Below are positions 1 through 10,529 of a DNA stretch of 64,000 nt, piece after piece. Below the pieces are notes generated by a model that did no database searches, was not told where the DNA came from, and saw only the letters and a program-made list of their open reading frames with translations. Every line of letters begins with the position of its first letter. The stretch's first letter is position 1. Location of the stretch: positions 8,278,485 through 8,342,484 of the forward strand of contig NC_134027.1 in the NCBI RefSeq assembly GCF_964204645.1. The letters run 5' to 3'. The DNA is from Tubulanus polymorphus. Its lineage: Eukaryota > Animalia > Nemertea. Both the position numbers and the translations under genes were made by a program.

Positions 1-3000
1 GCGTATGTGAAGGCGTTACAAGTATAATATCATTGTTTATTCACATACCTTGGGATGTTGTCCAAATTATCTACTTTGAGAGGACCAGCCTTCTCTGAAA
101 GATATACGCGATAAATGATTTAACCAAGTACCGGTAGTTAAGAGCTTGAGACTCCGTCTAAATTGAATTGATCCCACTTTCGATGTGCTCAGTTCTGCAG
201 TCATTCCTACCTTCCCAAGTCTTATCTAACCGACCACATGTCAGTAGAGAGAAAACTAACAGGAAGGCTAACAGCCCACATATCTAGCTGTATTCTGGAC
301 CCCTGCGATTTCATCCTTGCTGATAATAACTTCTGTTCTGAAATTCTAAATTTCTTATGGCCCTTACCATTTATTTTCTTGATTTCTGTCAATTCCCTCT
401 GTGTCAGCAGTAAATGTTTGTATCTAAAAGAAAATCGAATATCTACCTTTATTGAACATTGAACAATATCACATGAATGTGTATGCTCGAAAAATTAAAG
501 TCACTTACTCCGAATGGTCACAGAATGCATGGACTAGTCTCAAAAATTGAATCTTCAAAGCTACTTCCTATAAATCAACGCAAAATAATATCATTCATTT
601 ATCAAACACGAACACATCTATCAAACAAAGCTGATTTACCCGGTAACTGATTTCTATATGAGTATAACAACAAAAACTTCAAATTTGAGGTCGACTTTTG
701 TGGCAAAAAATTCATGATTAACTTACAGGGCTACATTCACAGCTGGTGTTGTGTCCTCTTAATCGTAATCTGCTGCTAGTTCTGTGACTAATAACACAAA
801 TAAAACTAACATAGCTAACAATCTATCGGCATTTCAGGGGATAAATGCTCAAATGTAATCAATGATTAATATCCTGTCCAAAAAATCATAAATCTTTACC
901 TTTGGCACTTCCAGATAAAATGGTCAAATAAATCATTCAAACCAGGAATAAGTTTCAAATCGGCGACCTTGCGTTGAATCTGGAATAAACAAAACAGATC
1001 TAAATTAATGACTTAACTATTTATTTTATCATAAGATACTAGTCAAAAAAATTCAGATACACATGTAGACTGATTCAATTGAACGTTAATAAATCTAGAG
1101 GCATGAAAGGAAAAATCTCAATACGGCTGTTACCTTTTTCCTATGTTTTCCTACTAAAAACAAGCCTATAACATATATAACTTCGACGCGCTGAACTAAC
1201 TGCATGCTGATTTTGATACCAGGCTGTTGTATAAATGGACTATCGACAGCAGATGGTTCTGATATACCTACAATAAAACGCAACGCCTTGTTATATCAAC
1301 CGTGTATGAACTATTCCCAGCTGATTTCAGGTTCAAGTTCCAAAATGCGAAAGTGCAAATCATGAAGTTTTTTCTGTTGATCCTCAACAAATGTTGAGTT
1401 TCTTTGAAAGTGATCAGGATGCAGCAATATCAAAGAAAATAATTTCGAAATTTGCCAGACCAACAATACAAAAACATGGATGTCTTTAGTAACAATTTAC
1501 CAGAAGATGCACCTCCCTCCAACACAGAAAAGTCACCAAGAGATGATTTTAAGATTTGTCATACTTTTCTGTTTTTTTGCGGATAAAAAGCAGCTTGCAT
1601 TTAAAGATAATGAGAGATTTGGATTCATTCATATCATATCCGCATATAAATGAAAAATGTAAAAACCCTTACCACCAACAAAATCCTCGAAATCATCAGT
1701 TTCTGGCCGTTCAGCATCTGGATCGCTAAGAGACCGATCAATCCATTCCATCCAACTATCTAGTTCATTACCAACTCCATGATGTCTCGGAGTATCAAAA
1801 AACACTACAAGTAAAACATATTGATATACAATATATAAATATGGATGTACAATATGTTACAACAGGCAACATCTCCAAACTATAGCATCATAATTATACC
1901 ATTCACTGATCATTTTTAACAAGCATTTCAGCATTTCATCTAATCGACATAATTGCCTTGTAATAACTAGTAATATAGACTTACGTGGTTTTGCAACAGC
2001 AATATTGACTAGTCTCGTAACGAGGTCAGGAATACCTAACAGCAGATCTACAACGATAAAAAATTACACATGAAATCGAAGCGAGGAAATACACTATTAT
2101 TCTTATGACTTTTACACAAAGTTCTATTATTACCTTGGTTAACGTCTCGTACATTAACAAAACCTTTACTTCGTTTCTGTTTGTTCTGAGCAAATACTGA
2201 AATATAAATCAATAGATTCATGATCAATGTTAATCAAGTCTCCCCAACTCATAATTGACTATGTTGGGTTCTATACACATGATAATTTTCTCGATCATTC
2301 AACCCCAAGCCTTTTAGGAATACAGTTCTGTGTAAAAGAATGTATGGCGTATATACTACTTAACTGTCTCATCTTGTAGACATCAAGTCCTGGACCACCA
2401 CAAGTTTTATTTAGCATGTGTTTTATACTGAATACTAGTGCATTCAGAATTCAGTATATGAAACAATCAGGATCACTAGACAAGATCAACTGAATGTACA
2501 GCATGCATAATAGATGTTTAGTTAGAGATGATTGACACCCTTATTTCATGTATCCAACATATGTTTTAAGCTATGCCAAATGATTCAAGAAAAGTCGATT
2601 TTGTGAATTGCTCGGTTATGGTTATGAAAGAGCACTCAGTTCTGCAGTCATTCCTACCTCCCTGAGCCTTGTCTAACCGACCACATGTCAGCAGAGACAA
2701 GACTAACAGGAAAGCTAACAGCCCACATATCTAGCTGTATTCTGGACCCCTACGTTTTCATCACAGCTCTTATTGCACAATTCATAACATTCTGGGTACC
2801 TACAGATCAGTCATTCCTGGAGTCTTCAAGGAGTTTTAAAGGAGAAAATTTCAAATTTCAAGGAAGTGTCTGCTGGCATTGTTTATCTCGGTAAAACATT
2901 AGTTCCCCGACTCATACCGGTAATTCGCTATTTTGGGTTCTATACACATAATAATTTTCTCGTTAAATTAACTCCAAGCTTTTTAGGAAAATGTCCTGAG

Positions 3001-6000
3001 TGAAATGTATGGCGTACATACTACTTAACCGTCTCATCTTGTAAACATCAAGTCCTGGACCGCCACAAGTTTTATTTAGCATGTGTTTTATACTGAATAC
3101 TATCGCATAATGTTGCCCGATTCTAGGCATCAGAATTCAGTATATGAAACAATCAGGATCACTCGACAAGATCAACTGAATGCACACACATGCATTAAAA
3201 TAGATGTTTAGTTAGAGATGATTGACCCTTGTTCGTTGTTATCTCATGTATCCAAACATATGTTTTAAGCTATGCCAAATGATTCAAGAAAAGTCGATTT
3301 TTGTGAATTGCTCAGTTATGGTTATGAAAGAGCACTCTGTTCTGCAGTCATTCCTACCTCCCCGAGTCTTATCCAACAGACCACATGTCCGAAGAGATAA
3401 GACTAAAGGAAGGCTAACAGCCCACATATCTAACTGTATTCTGGACCCCTGCGTTTTCCTCACAGCTCTTATTACACAATTCATAACATTCATGGTCCCT
3501 ACAGATCAGTCATTCCTGGATAGTTTTAGACAGTTTTAAAGGAGAAAATTTCAAAATTTTGAGGAAGCATCTCTTTCATATCCCAATTATCGTAGACTAC
3601 TAAATCGGTACGGTTTATCTCGGTAAACTATTAATTCAGTGGTTTTGTAAGTGAATTTTGATCCTTAAGACTACCTAAACTCGGTAGGTAAATCAAAAGG
3701 GTTTCAAGCCCCCATTTAAGCATTTTCCATTTAGTAGTAATTTTTAAGGAATCAAAGAGTCATAGGGACTGCGACACTTACGTGATGACTTGTTTTCGTA
3801 TAAATCAAGATCCGATATACAGATTGCCAGAATTCGACAAAAATTTGCCAGTTTTTCATCGTCGAAAAATGGTACAAGAGCCCGCATATTTTCTGTAGGA
3901 AAAGAAATATCATTGAATATCAGTACTGCTTACATACCTAGATGAAATGACAGAAAACCCATTAACCGGTCATCACTTACTGATTCCAGACAGATTGAAT
4001 ACTTGTCGCCTGGATTGAAGCAAGTCTTCGATAAGATCACAAGCCGTTATATATGTCTTTTTATAAGCGAGTAACGAAAACATGTAACTGAGTAGATCGT
4101 CTTGCCATGCCAATTCTTTGGCTACTTTTGTACCAATTTCCTGAATTAACGGAAGAACCGAGGTAATATTTCATTCAATGAATAAGGAAATATGTAATAC
4201 ATGGTAGACATTTCCTCACTGCATCAATTTCAAATAGCCCTACATACCCTAGTTATTATCTTGGACATTATCTGTAGAATCAGACTTTTCACTCTCAGAT
4301 AACACTGCAATTCTACAAAGAAAATTAAAAAAACATTTGAAAACATATATGATAAAGTTGTAAAAATATCTTGAATTTGTTTTGATCTGCATAGCTAGTG
4401 CTAGTTTTTTTTTACCTCGACTGCTTTTAGATTCATTAGGAAATATAGACGTCGACATTAAAAGACGTATTAATACCTGAAAGAAAAGAAGTTATGCAAT
4501 ACATAAGCCTCTGTCATAATCTAGTTAATTAGCAATTCTTTCACCAGATAAAAGGATGCTTATTGAATATCATATAATGTATGGCGTATATACTACTCAA
4601 CAGTCTAAATCTTGTAGACATCAAGTCCTGGACCGCCACACGATTTATATAGGCATGTGATTTCTACTGAATACTACATAGTTAGGTACCAGTAAATCGT
4701 TAGTGACACAATCCAGGATCACTTAATAAGATCGACTGAATGAACATTCACACATGCCCACAAGATTTTAGTGAATGAATGCTAATTCAAGCAATTATTT
4801 TGACACAATAGATGTGAAAAAATCCAAAAATGAATCCAACAAATTTGACCTGTAAGACACCAGCGCTCGCTTGCACTAATGATTAAACACAATTTATTTT
4901 CTAAGAAACAAGAATATATGGCTTCACGTGGCATGAAAAACTGGCTTTTGCGAGACAATTAAAAACCCTGAAGGATGGGAATATTTTTTACCTCTACGCC
5001 GCCGTATTCGTAAAATATTTTGGCGTATTTGTTCATGTCTTCCACGTTATCAGATTGTCTCGATTCAAAAGTCGTCACATGAGTATTCACCTCCTATAAG
5101 ATAAACCATTCAATTATGGGATAAAAAAAAACAACTCAAAATTAACTTCAAAACTTGGGTCTATGTTTGGTGAAATATTGATTCTACCAGTGTCATCTCA
5201 TTGTGACATAAAGATTGATTCTTCATTTCCCGTTTTTAGCCAAATCGTTTTTTTTACTGAAATCTACTCCCATTATCCGCATCATTTAAAAGAGGTTTGC
5301 TGGAATTATAATTTCAATTGAAGTACTCAGTTTTCAGGTAATTTTCTCGAATGAGCAATGCAAAAACAAGAATCCATTGAAAAATTTATCATTCACTTTT
5401 AAGGGCTAATAAATACATTATATCAAAGTTAGTTTACATTAAATGTCATATCTCTGTTTACTGTTAGAGCACGATCATCAGTAGGTTGGAACTGGGCTGG
5501 AAGGACATATCTAAGTAGCCCAGTTAAGATTCAAGTAACCTGAAAGAGGTCACTGATCCTTGTCCTAAAATTTGAGATCCTATATATTAGCCAGAAAATC
5601 ACAAGCCATGCTGTCAGTTAAGACTAGTTCGAGGAAGCATTATATTGATTTCTTACAAATGAATGCCAAGCACAACAGATACGCACATGCGCTTCCAAAG
5701 TACAAAAAATCATAGATTTAAGATTTAAGTTTGAATATTCTGGGAACCAACTGAACCGATCAATGTCCAGAATTATCATATCACTTTACGTAATCATAAC
5801 AGCATAATAATGCTCTGTTAGATTTAAACAATCTCCTTTGTGATTTTAATATTTTTAAGTCTGCGCATGTCACATCTAGAATGCCTGTCAGCACGTACTA
5901 CCTAAACTGATTGGGAAATATTGACTGAACTACTTGAGAACTTCGTTATTTCATCAAGATAAATTACCCTGTTCAGTCGATGAGGCCACATAAATTGCAA

Positions 6001-6804
6001 TAATCAGCGGGCTACTTAGATAAATTTCATCGGCCTTATTTCAGTAATAGTTTCCGGATATGACTTTTACCCTCACCTTCAATGTTTCAAAACACTCATC
6101 CGTATCATAAAATGCCTTTGCGCTGTATTCATCTAGCACCTGAATTGTATTCGGTACGCCCATCAAATCGAGCGATTCATCCAAGTCGTCCAATATGTGA
6201 ATCGGTAGCTGGAAAACATTTCAAAAAGGTTCAAAATTAATATAAAATTGAAACACGAAACAATGATGAATAAGAATTTTTAGATAAACATTAGCAAAGA
6301 TTGAGTCAGACTGGACAGGTTTGGGCAAGACGAACTGAAATATTTGTAACTGTAAGCTAATTTTAAGAGGGTACAAAACAATAATCAAAAAACAAATGTA
6401 TGACCACGAGATAAAGTTAAACTTCTACTACGCATACATTGAAGGTAGGCAAGCTTGGAGAAGCCGCTTTCGGTTTGAGTTGTAAGACTACTCTGGGGTC
6501 TCTGCGGCACCTACCAACCATAAACTTCTTCATGTCTTATTTGAATATTTCTACTTTCTAGAGGTGCCTTACTTTGCTGAGCTTGAACCTAAATATTTCT
6601 GCTCTGATTATTCAAAAGAAATTGAGTCAAAAACTAGTTGTTTTGTTTTCATTCCCAACTCAGTAAATTTTGCCATTTTTACTTTTTTACCTGGTGAAGT
6701 CTCTTGAAACCTCGGCCGTCTAGTTGAGCGCTCATGAACTTCGAAAATGCTACGTTATGGGTTCTTTTTCGGCTTTTACCATAATAAACTAAGTTGTTAG
6801 CCAT
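1..6804 (-). CDS. TRPC4AP: TRPC4-associated protein (TRUSS), multi-exon, 3' part runs off the left edge
   Basis: Hand-spliced GT-AG exons (approx. 6804-6691, 6208-6077, 5093-4992, 4477-4415, ~4313-4247, 4140-3981, 3892-3782, 2197-2134, 2048-1985, 1807-1673, 1268-1134, 979-900, 788-727, 567-509, 423-369, 105-49) give LANFCRILAICISDLD, LKLIPGLNDLFDHFIWK, GHNTSCECSP, LKIQFLRLVHAFCDH, YKHLLL. These match recalled human TRPC4AP motifs (LANFCRILAVTISEMD, GHNQNCDCSP, LKIQFLRLLQSFSDH). Confidence 0.92.
187..318. repeat. Dispersed repeat family copy (others at ~2600-2897, ~3290-3630, inverted ~29437-29660, fragment ~47228-47378)
   Basis: Shared core CAGTTCTGCAGTCATTCCTACC...CTAACAGCCCACATATCTAGCTGTATTCTGGACCCCTGCG. 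Confidence 0.88.
2338..2508 (-). ncRNA. Box H/ACA scaRNA, U109/SCARNA18-like (predicted guide for U1 snRNA Psi6), copy 1
   Basis: Intronic and sense to TRPC4AP. Hairpin GCAUG/CAUGC, H box AAAUAA, hairpin GUGGUG/CGCCAU, then ACA+3 nt. Pocket CCAGG / AGUAU is complementary to U1 AUACU-[U6 A7]-CCUGG, 14 nt from ACA. Confidence 0.8.
3003..3195 (-). ncRNA. Box H/ACA scaRNA, U109/SCARNA18-like, copy 2
   Basis: Same architecture and pocket as copy 1. The extra hairpin in the 5' domain is longer; substitutions in the 3' hairpin keep pairing (C-G to U-G). Confidence 0.8.
4575..4759 (-). ncRNA. Box H/ACA scaRNA, U109/SCARNA18-like, copy 3
   Basis: In a different TRPC4AP intron (4478-4991). GGCAUGUG/CACAUGCC stem, H box AUAUAA, identical pocket, ACA+3 nt. 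Similarity to copies 1 and 2 is confined to the RNA itself. Confidence 0.82.
5495..6035. mobile_element. Degenerate MITE-like element
   Basis: Inverted TATCTAAGTAGCCC (5508-5521) / GGGCTACTTAGATA (6009-6022) with weaker outer similarity; no TSD identified. Confidence 0.45.
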
Positions 6805-7686
6805 AGCTAACTGTCGTTTTCGTGTACCGAACTGGACGAATTTAGCGCAGAAATGTAGTTTTTTAAACAAGACAGAGCACTGATATCTTATCAACTAAAA
6901 TGCACTGATTACAGCTGAGCTTCCCTAGAGGTGGAGCCTAAAGCGCGAATTCTTACGTGGAACGACAGGAATGTAAAAGCTGTCCAATAGCAATCTGATT
7001 TCGAATATGATTAGATATCATATCACCATAATTGATTTTAATTATCTAGATATGTTTCATAGATATTTTACAAGTTTTTATTTGATTTTTTAAAGGAATT
7101 ACTGTACGACAATCCGCATTTTAAGTTAGTTAAGGTCTTCCCTGTTATAAAAACGAAAATTCTAACGTGGAAACGACCAAATGAAGAGCTACCATAAATT
7201 ATCAGTTAAGGTTCACTTTATGTCTCCAAAGTGGCTAAACAATCAACGAATGTTATAAAACATTCCGAAATATATGAGCATTTTATTTCTGATGAAGTAG
7301 GCATAATCATCACGATTTAGATCTCTCATATAGGTGGCAGCACAGTACGGAAGGATATGGGTGGGAAGTCTGACAACCGTGGCGTCAGTCGGTCACACAC
7401 GGCTGCACTTTACCTGTTTAAGTTAGACAATCAGAGAACGCACGGTCTCGGCCATGTGTCCAGGTTTTTTACTGGTAATAATCTGAGATGATATATAGAT
7501 GTGATATGTAAGGTGATTGAATACGCGGAGAGTGATGTGAGTATGTCTATGAATTTAAATTTCTGTTCGGCGAACTGTGGCAGTAGAGTAGTGACCAGAA
7601 GAGTCTGAGAGTGAGAGTCCAGCGAAATGACAACACAAGTCAACACTGTCACTAAACAGTACGGTTGTAATAGGCCTACTTAGTAG

Positions 7687-8475
7687 CACAGGGGTTTGGC
7701 GATGGGCTTGGATTTTATTTCCGGGTTGTTGATAATCTCGCGAGAATGGCGCTAAATATGAACTGCGAATAAATTCAAAATATCACGGAAATACCTTGTG
7801 TTTATATTGTTTATTTATCCGCTATAAAGTTTCGATAAACAATTGGTCGTTTAAGAATCATTATCAGACGGTCGCCACGCTACTATATAAAAGAACAAGG
7901 GATGAAACGCCAGGCCTCCGCTGTACTTAAATTTTCAGCCAGAAAGTTGGGACAGTCACGTGACATTCTGATGACGTCATCGCATTTAAAACTTCAACAT
8001 GAAAAGTTAACATATTCACAGACCGATATCAATTGTCAGATTATGATTCATATGAAATAAATAACTTATACAGAATAAATTATGATGAAATATACAATTC
8101 ATAGTCAAAAAATGCATCTGAATGTAAGTTATTCTCAAATATTTTTCGTATCATAGTTTCCGTCTTAGATGCTTCGGGTTTGCATTCAGTCAAATAAGAA
8201 GCGTTAAGTCACGTGACTGTCCCAACTTTCTGGCTGGCACGACTTGAACTGCGTTTCATCCCTTGTGATTTTATATAGTAAAGCGTGACGACCGTCTGAT
8301 AATGATTCTTAACCACCAATTGTTTATCGAAACTTTATAGCAGATAAATAAACAATATAAACACAAGGTATTTCCGTGATATTTTGAATTTATTCGCAGT
8401 TCATATTTAGCGCCATTCTCGCGAGATTATCAACAACCCGGAAATAAAATCCAAGCCCATCGCCAAACCCCTGTG
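7687..8475. mobile_element. Foldback non-autonomous DNA transposon (MITE), ~280-bp TIRs, 8-bp TSD, P-element-like termini
   Basis: CACAGGGG...CCCCTGTG termini, near-perfect arms 7687-7964 / 8208-8475, direct repeat CTTAGTAG at 7679-7686 and 8476-8483. Superfamily is inferred from CANRG termini plus the 8-bp TSD; hAT is the alternative. Confidence 0.92.
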
Positions 8476-8535
8476 CTTAGTAGTACTATACTAGAGTAAT
8501 AAAAATGCAGTAAAAGTAGTCAAGAGAAAGTCACG

Positions 8536-8778
8536 CAGGGGCGGATCTAGGGGGGATATCGGGGTGTCCAGACCCCCCCTCAACTTTGAAGTGCCCTCAA
8601 AAATGTCACCCCAAAATTATTTTGACCAAGGTTTTCCACCTATAATATTTTTTCAACACATGAAATGACCGAAAGCACCCCCTAAAATGGTGTAGAAGTA
8701 TTCGAATATGTGGTATTTTGTAAAAAGTGCCCTTTTTCTCATTGGACACCCCCATGGAAAATCCTAGATCCGCCCCTG
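8536..8778. mobile_element. Short MITE with CAGGGGCGGATCTAGG TIRs (hAT-like termini)
   Basis: Perfect 16-bp TIR CAGGGGCGGATCTAGG / CCTAGATCCGCCCCTG plus inner GGGGTGTCCA / TGGACACCCC; TSD not recognisable. A related right-end remnant lies at ~16835-16872. Confidence 0.8.
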
Positions 8779-9080
8779 TCATATCATTGTCAGTACGCCC
8801 TGTCCTCTTCTTGTTTATCGGCGCCATTGCACTTTCATACCCCCTCCGAAAAATTTTTATTTCAGCATATTTATTATCAGGGAGGTCTCTGTTATTATCT
8901 ACCCTACATGTGTATCTACAGTGGCATCATCTGTAGACAATCTGCCGTATTTGGACATTAGTGTGCCATCCATAGACTAAACAAAGATTTAGTGAAATAT
9001 CTGAAATATCCTACACCTATCACTGTCAGCACAATGTCAATGATAATCGTGTTCTAAATTTTTCAGCAACTTCTACAATA

Positions 9081-10529
9081 ATGGCTGAAGACGAAGAGGG
9101 AGAATACTTATACAGTTTATTAGCAGACGATCGTCATATTATAGAATCACTACTCGACGTAAGTGATCGGTGTTTTCCGCTACCGGAGGATACCATCGAT
9201 AATGACGCCATTTTGTTCTCGACCAAAATTATCACAGGATGGATACCAACGACTCGGACGAAACGGAAAAAATTTGACTTCGTTTCACAACAACAGTCTT
9301 CCGATAATAACAATAACGGAAACAAAAAGCACGTATTATCGCCAAGTTCCGTAGGATTTTTCGATTGGAAGTCGGTCGTCGAACCGGATACTTATCGGTA
9401 CGTGCACAACAACAGCTATCATCGCATGAAAGTGAACCATCGCATGAGCGCGAAAAACGATTCGTCGAACTATCAACGCTTGCGGAACATTCGGCGACAA
9501 TTGACTGCCGATCAGCACGCGTTACAGAGAGAAATTCGTCGCGATTTGAAAAAGGAGGCCGGTGCAAAGCAATCGGGAACAAATTTCGGTTTGAATCATA
9601 GTCAATCGGATGTGAATATCAGCAATAACAAACGTTCGAAATCGTCGTCGCCGGCGCCGAAAGAGATCGTTCTGACTGCAGACGATATTACGTCGTCGTT
9701 GCAAGCTCTCGATTTACCGAACTTGTTGACAAAAAGTTTCTCAGAGAAAATGGTCGAGAATTTCTCTGAGAAAATGGTCGCGTTGGAGGAGGAAATGAAG
9801 AAAGACCTGCGGTATAAATTGCGAATGCGTCGGCAGACCGAACCAGCCGATAAGTTGCAGAAGATCGCGGCCGATTTAGAAACGTTGAATTCGAACGCGT
9901 CGAAGAAATCTCATCCGTCGAAAAACAGCCTTCGCAATAATAGTAAACACGTGCCAAAATTAGACGCGTTAGCTCAAGAGACATTTCATGTTCGATCAGT
10001 GCTCAAATCTAATCAATCGACAATGCTCCGTCCATTGACAAAAGTTACGCCTCACCAAAGAATGTGCGACGACAATCATAAAATGCTGCTCACGCAATTG
10101 AAATTTTCGAAGTCGCTTTCGGAAGCGGATACTTTAGTGCCTCCTTGTACGTATGCCTGGGATAATGACTGCTACAGTGCGCCATCCGCTGTACCCGTAT
10201 CGACGAATGATGGAAATAAACGCAATAAATTCGCCAACTTGGAAGAAGCGATTCTGTCTCGTGCAATAAAAAAGATAATACCTCAGCGAAGAGTGTCGCA
10301 AACTCCTCAAAAAGAGCATAAGTCGAAATTTCGAAAGGCGGTCAATGTAACGCCGTCACATCCGGCGTCAAATGCACCGATAAGTACGGTCGTAAACGAC
10401 GAACAAAATATGAATTGTTACGTCAGAAAAGCTTCGATTCCTGGCCAACATTCGGTGGCTGCGATGTTTTTACCAGAATTATCAGGGAAGCGTATGGAAA
10501 TATCAACCACCAATCATCGAATTACTTAA
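9081..10529 (+). CDS. Uncharacterised 482-aa basic, Ser/Lys/Asn-rich protein, single coding exon
   Basis: Long uninterrupted ORF, GC/CpG-richer than flanks, ATAATGG start context, splice acceptor TTTTCAG ending at 9066. No family recognised. Confidence 0.75.
   Translation: MAEDEEGEYLYSLLADDRHIIESLLDVSDRCFPLPEDTIDNDAILFSTKIITGWIPTTRTKRKKFDFVSQQQSSDNNNNGNKKHVLSPSSVGFFDWKSVVEPDTYRYVHNNSYHRMKVNHRMSAKNDSSNYQRLRNIRRQLTADQHALQREIRRDLKKEAGAKQSGTNFGLNHSQSDVNISNNKRSKSSSPAPKEIVLTADDITSSLQALDLPNLLTKSFSEKMVENFSEKMVALEEEMKKDLRYKLRMRRQTEPADKLQKIAADLETLNSNASKKSHPSKNSLRNNSKHVPKLDALAQETFHVRSVLKSNQSTMLRPLTKVTPHQRMCDDNHKMLLTQLKFSKSLSEADTLVPPCTYAWDNDCYSAPSAVPVSTNDGNKRNKFANLEEAILSRAIKKIIPQRRVSQTPQKEHKSKFRKAVNVTPSHPASNAPISTVVNDEQNMNCYVRKASIPGQHSVAAMFLPELSGKRMEISTTNHRIT

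Larger units (their letters stand above)
2262..3640. repeat. Imperfect tandem duplication, ~680-bp unit (approx. 2262-2905 and 2931-3640)
   Basis: Both units start TTGGGTTCTATACACAT.ATAATTTTCTCG and end GTTTATCTCGGTAAA. Each holds a scaRNA copy plus a copy of the dispersed repeat. Confidence 0.9.

Noticed and set aside
1500-1570. Possible extra TRPC4AP exon
   Set aside because: In-frame stop from the only nearby acceptor; the flanking exons already join in phase.
238-3539. Similar short ORFs at 238-462, 2685-2894 and 3222-3539 ([12 protein letters not shown]) suggesting a peptide family
   Set aside because: They are translations of the dispersed repeat, antisense within TRPC4AP introns, with different starts and ends.
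2338-4759. Telomerase RNA or U17/snR30 as identity of the branched H/ACA RNA
   Set aside because: No telomeric template or P6.1-like loop and no U17 m1/m2 motifs; the U1 5'-end pocket explains the conserved bases.
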